40,228 nt of DNA from a virus (taxonomy: Duplodnaviria > Caudoviricetes), in IMG/VR virus record IMGVR_UViG_3300005399_000079, positions 1 to 40,228 of that record, one strand, 5' to 3'. Each line of letters begins with the position of its first letter. The stretch's first letter is position 1. Below are positions 33,860-40,228 of this stretch, piece by piece. Below the pieces are notes generated by a model. The model searched no databases. It was not told the DNA's origin and was given only the letters and a program-made list of their open reading frames with translations. A program made the position numbers and the translations under genes.

Positions 33860-34356
33860 TGCACCGTCAAGCCATCGATAGCAGTCGCTCTGAAGACCTT
33901 GCCGCCAAGGTCGCCGCCTTTACCGCCGCTGGTGGAAAAGTCACCCAGGGGCCAGAACTCAAGCAGGTGCCACGGCGCCAGCGATCAGAGCCAAAGACCG
34001 CCAAACGCCCCCGGCAGCCCTCCACGCCACGCCGCGACGAAAGCAAAGCCAAGAAGCGCCAGCGCCGTCACGCAGAGATCATGCGCAGCTACGAAGGCCG
34101 GCTGAACGCGGATGAACTGGCCGACATTCTCGGCGTATCACCCAGCCAAGTGCGCAAGCTGGCAGACACCTACGATGTCGAGATCCTGAAGAAAGGCAGC
34201 AGGTCTGGGCCTTCCGCTGAGCAGTTGGCGGAAATGCGGCGCCTGTCTGCCGAGAACTCTACCCTACGGGACGCTGCCAAGTGGATTGGCGTGCGACCGC
34301 ACACCCTGCGGCGCTGGGGTGACGATCGCGGCATCACGTTTGGTCGCCAGCCATGA
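33856..34356 (+). CDS. HTH-containing hypothetical protein
   Basis: ELADILGVSPSQVRK and DAAKWIGVRPHTLRRW. Confidence 0.72.
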   Translation: MMHRQAIDSSRSEDLAAKVAAFTAAGGKVTQGPELKQVPRRQRSEPKTAKRPRQPSTPRRDESKAKKRQRRHAEIMRSYEGRLNADELADILGVSPSQVRKLADTYDVEILKKGSRSGPSAEQLAEMRRLSAENSTLRDAAKWIGVRPHTLRRWGDDRGITFGRQP

Positions 34357-34574
34357 CCCGCGAAGAAGCGTATGAAGAGGTGGCGCGGATAGCTGCTGAG
34401 CCCGCCCTGATAGCTTAGGGCTTTGGCGGCGTCCTGACCGTCGTGCACCCCGACATTCAGCGCCAGCACGGCATTGAGGCGCAATGCCTATACATGGCAG
34501 ACCAAGGCCCGCCCCGGGCTGCCATAGCCCGCCCCAAGCCCAGCGAAGAGGAACAGCTGAGCCTGCCTGTTTGA
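34353..34574 (+). pseudogene. Small gene interrupted by an in-frame TAG
   Basis: ATGA-coupled start, TAG at 34416-34418 (codon 22), frame stays open for 51 more codons. Confidence 0.65.
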
Positions 34575-34598
34575 CCGCCCTTCCCCGAGGTAACCGCC

Positions 34599-34826
34599 AT
34601 GACCTGGTACGCACACCACTGGCGGCGGATGCACGACACCTACCAGCGCGGCAAAGCCGAAGGCATCAGCGACGACCGAATCGCCGAGGCCATCGACCAG
34701 CACTGGACAAGTAAGCGCAGCGGCCATCCGTACAAAACATGGCTGCAAGCCCGCCGTGACTTCTTCCAAAAATTCCAACTGCGCCGGCCAAGGGCGCGCC
34801 GGCCTCACGAGGGTTTATTTTCATGA
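34599..34826 (+). CDS. Hypothetical protein
   Basis: GAGG RBS; HPYKTWL motif. Confidence 0.7.
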   Translation: MTWYAHHWRRMHDTYQRGKAEGISDDRIAEAIDQHWTSKRSGHPYKTWLQARRDFFQKFQLRRPRARRPHEGLFS

Positions 34827-35017
34827 CCACCCAACTCACAGCCCGGCCCGCCGAGCCGCGCGTTCACGTCCATGCGGACCAGTGGATGACCGCAGCAGAG
34901 CTTGCCGAGTTCTGGCACGCCCTGCAGCAGCGCCTCAACGATGCGCGCCACGCCATGCAGGACGGCAGCGTATTTGACCCCATTGGTATCGACAGCGAGG
35001 GCGGCGGTCACGACTGA
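34823..35017 (+). CDS. Hypothetical protein
   Basis: ATGA coupling. Confidence 0.6.
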   Translation: MTTQLTARPAEPRVHVHADQWMTAAELAEFWHALQQRLNDARHAMQDGSVFDPIGIDSEGGGHD

Positions 35018-35046
35018 CCCCGCCTCAACCACACCGGAGAACAACC

Positions 35047-35247
35047 ATGACAAAGCTCAATGCAGCAACCCCCACCAATCACCAGGTAGGCGAGCAGGTT
35101 AAGCAGCACCACATTGCCCTGCTGCTGGACATTCACGCCAACGGGCTTACCGATGCCAACCGCATCGAGCTAGACGCCGTTGCCTCGATCTACGCGGGCG
35201 ACGGCGCCTGTGACGGCGATTCGACTCAGGAGGCCGGCCATGACTGA
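35047..35247 (+). CDS. Hypothetical protein
   Basis: GGAG RBS; ends in next gene's RBS. Confidence 0.6.
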   Translation: MTKLNAATPTNHQVGEQVKQHHIALLLDIHANGLTDANRIELDAVASIYAGDGACDGDSTQEAGHD

Positions 35248-36115
35248 GTGCGATATGAGCGCAGGCGATGCCCGGGCGCGGGTGGCTGTGCTGGAAGAAG
35301 CGCTGGCTACCCCAACGCCAGAATACGTCTGGGTGCGACTACTGGACAATATGGTCGCCGACAACGGTGGCCCTTATCTGTCGTCGACAGCCGACTTTGA
35401 CGAGGCTCGCCCAGCAATAGCTGCCCTGATCGAAGCCGGGTTCTTCCGTGGCGATCCAAGCGACCTGGACTCCGACTTTTGGCAGGCTGTTGGTGGCGAG
35501 GTCGACGAAGCGAATGAGCGGTTTGCTTCCCAAGCCGAGCACTACCGAGTGCTGGATGATGTTCTGCACCGGGTGTTCGAAAACCCTGCTGATTTTCCTG
35601 CGCCTGTTGAGCGGTGCGATACCTGCTACGGGCATGGTGAAGTGCCGACGGGTGAGACGCAGCGCTTCGGTGACCTGCAGCCGCCTGAGCCGATTATGAT
35701 GGCGTGCCCGGAGTGCGACGGGGGGGCGCCTGTTGAGCGGGTGGAGGTTATCCCGCGCCCGGTTATTGATTGGGCAGAAACTGGCGCTCTGGATTACCGA
35801 GACTCGTGGTCCACCAGGATAAACGGGCACACAGTCGGACTGCACTCGGATGAAGAAAGGGCGAGGAACCATGCGTGGGCGCTTGAGGCATATCTAGGCA
35901 TGCACAAGATCATCGCCGCCCACCAGCATCCCGCGCCCACTGCCGCGCAGGATGTGGCGGGGCTGGTTGAGGCGTTGAAGCGCGTAGACATGACGCGAGA
36001 TGAAAGGCTGCGCGCTGGTTCTCTCTCTGCGTCTCACTGGGATAACGCGGTTGTTGCGTGCATTGAGGTGGTGGAAAAACACTTCGCCGCCCACCAGCAA
36101 CGGGAGGGGGAGTGA
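35240..36115 (+). CDS. Mosaic hypothetical protein with internal Zn-finger module
   Basis: AGGAGG RBS; APVER linkers flank CDTCYGHG..CPEC. Confidence 0.72.
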   Translation: MTECDMSAGDARARVAVLEEALATPTPEYVWVRLLDNMVADNGGPYLSSTADFDEARPAIAALIEAGFFRGDPSDLDSDFWQAVGGEVDEANERFASQAEHYRVLDDVLHRVFENPADFPAPVERCDTCYGHGEVPTGETQRFGDLQPPEPIMMACPECDGGAPVERVEVIPRPVIDWAETGALDYRDSWSTRINGHTVGLHSDEERARNHAWALEAYLGMHKIIAAHQHPAPTAAQDVAGLVEALKRVDMTRDERLRAGSLSASHWDNAVVACIEVVEKHFAAHQQREGE

Positions 36116-36330
36116 TGAAGCGCAAGCCTGCCGGATTCACTGCAACATGCCAGTGCGGCGTTATGGTTGGAGCGCTCGATGCTAAGCGCACAGACAGGGC
36201 GGATATGGGCAAGCTGCTAGGTCAGTGGCTGTTTCATGGCTGCACTGTTACGCCGTTTTTTGGCGACACAAACTGCTTTTCAATTGGCGTATGCCGCTGC
36301 ACAAAGGAGCAACCCCATGACAGCGAGTAA
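36112..36330 (+). CDS. Small Cys-containing hypothetical protein
   Basis: Coupled start; TCQCG..CRC. Confidence 0.7.
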   Translation: MMKRKPAGFTATCQCGVMVGALDAKRTDRADMGKLLGQWLFHGCTVTPFFGDTNCFSIGVCRCTKEQPHDSE

Positions 36331-36580
36331 CAATAGCGGGCTTGAAGTCCTGATTTACGAAGCGTGCAGCGAGCAAGAAGCGCTTGCGGTCATGGACAAA
36401 CACATGCGCGATTACACGATGCGAGCTGCACGCGGTGAGCACGGTTGGATTTGCTCGGACTGTTGCATGAGTTACCCAGAGGGGATGCCGGACGAGTGTT
36501 TCCACGGCCACCAAGGCTGCACCAACATTATCAAACGTGACAAGCTCGCCGCGATGCGAGAAGGGAATGAGCCAACATGA
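36317..36580 (+). CDS. Cys/His-rich hypothetical protein
   Basis: AAGGAG RBS before MTASNN; CSDCC..CFHGHQGC. Confidence 0.7.
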   Translation: MTASNNSGLEVLIYEACSEQEALAVMDKHMRDYTMRAARGEHGWICSDCCMSYPEGMPDECFHGHQGCTNIIKRDKLAAMREGNEPT

Positions 36581-36834
36581 CAGCGAGTAAGCCGGAGGTG
36601 CAATCGCGTAAGACTGACCCTCTTTGGGTGTTCGAGAATTATGGAGCTGCGGCGGAGCTCATCGACGAACTCGAAGCCGCCCGCGCAGCAGACAAGGCGC
36701 GGATAGCGGAGCTGACAACGCTGCTCGCCGACATTAAGGCGTGGGACATTGATCAGATGCTGACGATCCCTCTGGCAATTCGCAAGCGCATGCAGGAAGT
36801 GCTAGCCCAGCAGGGCAAGGAGGGTGAGACGTGA
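36577..36834 (+). CDS. Coiled-coil hypothetical protein (Ead/Ea22-like segment)
   Basis: ELIDELEAA..ARIAEL; ATGA coupling. Confidence 0.65.
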   Translation: MTASKPEVQSRKTDPLWVFENYGAAAELIDELEAARAADKARIAELTTLLADIKAWDIDQMLTIPLAIRKRMQEVLAQQGKEGET

Positions 36835-37049
36835 AGCCAATACCAGTATCAGCAGCCGAGCGCATCGCCAAAGAGTACGGCTACGACCAGGTGATTATCG
36901 TCGCCCGCAAGGTCGGTGACGCACCAGATCCACATGGTGAACACGTCACTACCTACGGCATCAACGCCGAGCACTGCGCCGTGGCGGCACGGGCTGGCGA
37001 CTTCCTCAAGTACAAGGTCATGGGCTGGCCCCAGGATGGTCAGAAATGA
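36831..37049 (+). CDS. Hypothetical protein
   Basis: GTGA coupling, AGGAGG RBS. Confidence 0.72.
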   Translation: MKPIPVSAAERIAKEYGYDQVIIVARKVGDAPDPHGEHVTTYGINAEHCAVAARAGDFLKYKVMGWPQDGQK

Positions 37050-37267
37050 GCTGGATGATCAAGATTAAAGAAGGGTGCTATGTTGCCGCCGATCAAATTG
37101 CAGAAATAAAGGTGAGCGAAAGCACCCAGACAATAACGGTTACCACAAAAGATGGCGAGCGCTATTCCAGATATCCGGAATATCGTCAAGGTGTTTATTC
37201 GACGCTGGACGATCTTGTTTCGGAGGTTAACTTAGCCATGGCCGATCAGAGCGGGAACGCACAATGA
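37046..37267 (+). CDS. Hypothetical protein (lower GC)
   Basis: ATGA coupling. Confidence 0.68.
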   Translation: MSWMIKIKEGCYVAADQIAEIKVSESTQTITVTTKDGERYSRYPEYRQGVYSTLDDLVSEVNLAMADQSGNAQ

Positions 37268-37470
37268 AAACCCTACCCTTCGACATAGCCCGCTGCGCCG
37301 GTCGCTTTGACCTGATGCCGGACGGCAAATGGTGCGAGCAGCGCGACACCTGCAAGCGCTATTTGGCGTTCACTCAATGGGATCGAGGAACAGTCGAAAG
37401 CTACCAGGGCATCCGCGTAAACATGGGCGTGCCGGACTGCCGGCATAAGATCGAAGTCGAGCAGCAATAA
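37264..37470 (+). CDS. Small Cys-containing hypothetical protein
   Basis: ATGA coupling; DIARC..C..RDTCKRY. Confidence 0.68.
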   Translation: MKTLPFDIARCAGRFDLMPDGKWCEQRDTCKRYLAFTQWDRGTVESYQGIRVNMGVPDCRHKIEVEQQ

Positions 37471-37548
37471 CCCCACCCCGCTATATCCGCCTATCGGGCT
37501 ATCCCCTATTCCAACGTATCCGGCAGCGCCGGAGGGAGAAGTAATGTC

Positions 37549-37950
37549 ATGAGCAATGGCCCAGACCACTTTCGCTACCGCACCGTCCTTGATGAAGACG
37601 GTGTTCATATTGTCTGCGATCGCTATGTCGTTATCGGTGAAACGGAACACTTCTATTACGTCGTCCGGCACGACCTGGCATCTCTTGCGCGCCATTCCGC
37701 GTCATGGGCAAAGGCAAACCGAAAGCGAGTCAGCAAGACGTCAGGAAAGCGCTACTGCTACCCGGACAAGCGCGATGCGCTGGGGTCATTCCGCCAGCGA
37801 CAGAAGTGGCGGCTGTCCCACGCGAAGACCGCGATTTCACAGGCAACGCTTTCGCTCGCCCAGCTAGAAACGCTGGCAGATGCGGAGAATATTCCCGACA
37901 TCCAGCCATGCGGACACGATGAACACACATCGTCGTTCGTTTGGGAGTAA
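37549..37950 (+). CDS. Hypothetical protein
   Basis: GGAG RBS; 133 aa. Confidence 0.72.
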   Translation: MSNGPDHFRYRTVLDEDGVHIVCDRYVVIGETEHFYYVVRHDLASLARHSASWAKANRKRVSKTSGKRYCYPDKRDALGSFRQRQKWRLSHAKTAISQATLSLAQLETLADAENIPDIQPCGHDEHTSSFVWE

Positions 37951-37977
37951 CCACCCTACACGCCGGGAGGCATAGCA

Positions 37978-38748
37978 ATGACGTATCAAATCAGCTTCAG
38001 CGGAGGTCTCGGCTCTGGAGTGTCTGCACTGGTAGCGCACGACAAGGGGCTCGACTTCAACCTGATATTTGCTGACACGCTCATCGAAGACGAGGATCTA
38101 TACCGCTTCAATGACGATATTGCGCGAGCTACGGGCAAGACCATCATCCACTTAAAGGAAGGTCGCACCCCCTGGGAAGTGTTCGTTGATAGCCGGTGGA
38201 TCGGCAACACCCGGACGGCTCACTGTTCGACCGAGCTCAAGACCAAGCCGGTGATGGCATGGCTGGCAGAGAACGCCGACGCAATGGACCCGCTTGTGCT
38301 GGGTATGGACTGGTCGGAAATGGACCGCATTGAGAGGGCGCAAAAGAACTGGGAGCCTCGTCCTGTTGTTTCGCTGCTTAATCAGTTCAGCATCGAGCGT
38401 CCGGAGTACGACCTGATATTAAACCGTTACGGCATTCGCAAGCCGCGCCTGTACGGGATGGGCTTCAGCCACAACAACTGCGGCGGGTTCTGCTGCAAGG
38501 CCGGACTCGTTCAGTTCGAGCGACTGTACCGGCTGATGCCAAAGCGGTTCGCATTCCATGCCAAGGAAATGGACAAGGCCATGGCGCTCATCGGCCCCAC
38601 CGCGAAAGCGTTCCTGCGCCAGTCAGAATTCGGGCTTCAAGAATACCTGACCTTGAGCGAGTTCAGAGAACAGCTTGAACGCGGAACGATGGAGCTGCCC
38701 ATGTTCGATGCAGAGGGTTGCGGCTGCTTTTCAGAGGATGCGGCATGA
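37978..38748 (+). CDS. PP-loop ATPase of the PAPS-reductase-like family with Cys cluster
   Basis: ISFSGGLGS PP-loop, FADT..ED, CSTELK, HNNCGGFCCKAG, GCGCF. Confidence 0.8.
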   Translation: MTYQISFSGGLGSGVSALVAHDKGLDFNLIFADTLIEDEDLYRFNDDIARATGKTIIHLKEGRTPWEVFVDSRWIGNTRTAHCSTELKTKPVMAWLAENADAMDPLVLGMDWSEMDRIERAQKNWEPRPVVSLLNQFSIERPEYDLILNRYGIRKPRLYGMGFSHNNCGGFCCKAGLVQFERLYRLMPKRFAFHAKEMDKAMALIGPTAKAFLRQSEFGLQEYLTLSEFREQLERGTMELPMFDAEGCGCFSEDAA

Positions 38749-38783
38749 GCGTCAATTATCGACTGAGCCGGGAGGCATGACAC

Positions 38784-38999
38784 ATGGGTGCAGCAGAAAA
38801 GATCGAGTACCACATCACGCCCGGCGCCTGGTTCCGTCAGGAACTGCTGGTACCGGTGTTCGGTATCACGCCCGACGCGGCCAAGAAGTACCGCGCAGAG
38901 GGCAAGTGGCTGGAGGGCAAGCACTGGCGCAAAGACCCCGCCAACCGTATCGTCTACAACCGTGATGCCATTCAAGACTGGCTGGGAGGTTCGGTGTGA
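38784..38999 (+). CDS. xis: Excisionase
   Basis: Small basic protein with WLEGKHW..YNRDAIQDW, GTGA-coupled to int. Confidence 0.85.
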   Translation: MGAAEKIEYHITPGAWFRQELLVPVFGITPDAAKKYRAEGKWLEGKHWRKDPANRIVYNRDAIQDWLGGSV

Positions 39000-40228
39000 C
39001 AGAGAAGATGCCGCGCGGCGTGGAAATAAACGGCAAGCAACTGCGTATCAGCTTCATGCTGAATGGCCAGCGGTGCCGCGAACCCCTGCCTGGCATCGTC
39101 AAGGTCAATAAGGCCAGCATCGCTTATGCCGACAACAAGCGCCGCACCATCCTGGCAGAGATAAAGGAAGGGCGCTTTGACTACGCGGCACACTTCCCAG
39201 ATTCGCCACGGGCCCTGATATTCTCCGGCCGTGGCGGCAAGCAGGTGAACCGCACAGTGGCGGAAGGCGTTGAGCGCTGGCTGGAGGTGATGAAAGCGAA
39301 GAAGGCGGCCAGCACCAGCCGTAACTATGGCCACAAGGCCAAGCACGTCATTGAGAAGTTCGGGCGGCGTCGGATCGTCGACATCAGCATGAGCGACCTT
39401 GAGCTGTTCCAGGCCGCGCTGCTCAAGACCCTGGCGCCGAAGACCGTCAACGACGTATTCACTGTGGTCCGCGGCGTGTGGGGCAATGCATTCAGTGACG
39501 GGATAATCACCAGCAACCCGCTGGACCGCATCAAGAACATCGAGCAGGACGATGGCGACGACTCAGCCGATCCATTCAGCCGCGAAGAGATTGCGCGGAT
39601 CGCTTCGGTATCAACCTCCAGGGTGCACGATATCAATATGATCATGTTCTGGTGCTGGTCCGGCCTGAGTCTGTCGGAGCTGATCGGGCTGGGCTGGGAT
39701 GACATCGACCTGGACGCCGGCACCGCAATGGTCAGGCGCGCCCGGGTGGAAACGATATACAAGGTGCCCAAGGAGAAAAGCCGGGTTCGAAAGATCGATC
39801 TGATCGACCCGGCAATCGAACACCTGAAGCGCCAGAGGGAGGCAACGTACCTCCTGCCCCCGGTGCCGGTTGAGGTCATTCAGCGTGACAACGTCAAGCG
39901 CAAGAAGGAGGCCATCCGCTTTGTGTTCCGCAACGGATCAAGCGGCATGCCTTGGAATCCGGCCAGCGTTAACCGGTGGTTTACCAGCATCCTGAAACGG
40001 GCGAAGGTCCGGCACCGCGGCCCGAACCAATGCCGCCACACGTTCGCCAGTCAGGCGCTGTCCAGTTACGTGCCGATTGAGTGGGTCGCCAGGCAGCTTG
40101 GCCATACCGATACCGGCATGGTGAAGAAACACTATGGCCGGTGGATTCCCGAGGACACCAAGAGCATGGCGGGGATGGTTTCGCAGATGATGGGGTTTCG
40201 TGACCAGAGCGGTGCTGAGGGGTCCTGA
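38996..40228 (+). CDS. int: Phage integrase (arm-binding plus tyrosine recombinase domains)
   Basis: PRGVE..LRISF..CRE, FDYAAHFPDS arm domain; NQCRHTFAS, QLGH, KHY; first catalytic Arg replaced by Ser. Confidence 0.93.
   Translation: MTEKMPRGVEINGKQLRISFMLNGQRCREPLPGIVKVNKASIAYADNKRRTILAEIKEGRFDYAAHFPDSPRALIFSGRGGKQVNRTVAEGVERWLEVMKAKKAASTSRNYGHKAKHVIEKFGRRRIVDISMSDLELFQAALLKTLAPKTVNDVFTVVRGVWGNAFSDGIITSNPLDRIKNIEQDDGDDSADPFSREEIARIASVSTSRVHDINMIMFWCWSGLSLSELIGLGWDDIDLDAGTAMVRRARVETIYKVPKEKSRVRKIDLIDPAIEHLKRQREATYLLPPVPVEVIQRDNVKRKKEAIRFVFRNGSSGMPWNPASVNRWFTSILKRAKVRHRGPNQCRHTFASQALSSYVPIEWVARQLGHTDTGMVKKHYGRWIPEDTKSMAGMVSQMMGFRDQSGAEGS

Larger units (their letters stand above)
1..40228. mobile_element. 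Temperate lambdoid siphophage/prophage (HK97-type head, non-contractile tail), apparently complete gene set
   Basis: Ordered int-xis, PL operon, cI/cro, O/P, Q, holin, HNH, terminases, portal, protease, capsid, tail and lysis modules; att sites not visible in window. Confidence 0.97.

Noticed and set aside
1-40228. attL/attR, tRNA, rRNA or IS elements
   Set aside because: Window begins and ends at gene boundaries; no terminal direct repeats, cloverleaf or transposase seen

Overview
The window is an essentially complete lambdoid, HK97-type temperate siphophage (prophage), about 60% GC by eye. Gene content suggests a Pseudomonadaceae host (inference). It runs from a small conserved ORF and the Rz/Rz1/endolysin genes at the left end to xis-int at the right end; att sites are not visible. 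The minus strand carries cro, a Rha/KilAC antirepressor, replication O and P, NinX, a second tyrosine recombinase, a Tat-motif protein, RusA, Q, holin, HNH, terminases, head, tail and lysis genes. The plus strand carries cI, a two-gene cassette at the rex position, and the PL operon of small accessory genes, a PAPS-reductase-like gene, xis and int. Operators, PL/PR, boxA, an SOS box, origin iterons, a -1 frameshift site and terminators can be read directly from the sequence. Strongest leads: (1) a His-rich protein plus DUF1828-like protein pair behind cI, a candidate defence system with a clamp-binding-like tail; (2) a structured non-coding element before the endolysin that shares an exact 15-mer with the PL leader; (3) an integrase lacking its first catalytic Arg alongside a second, catalytically complete recombinase with repeats in its 3' end; (4) a tail moron whose RBS is occluded on read-through transcripts. 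All family assignments come from motif recognition, not database searches.
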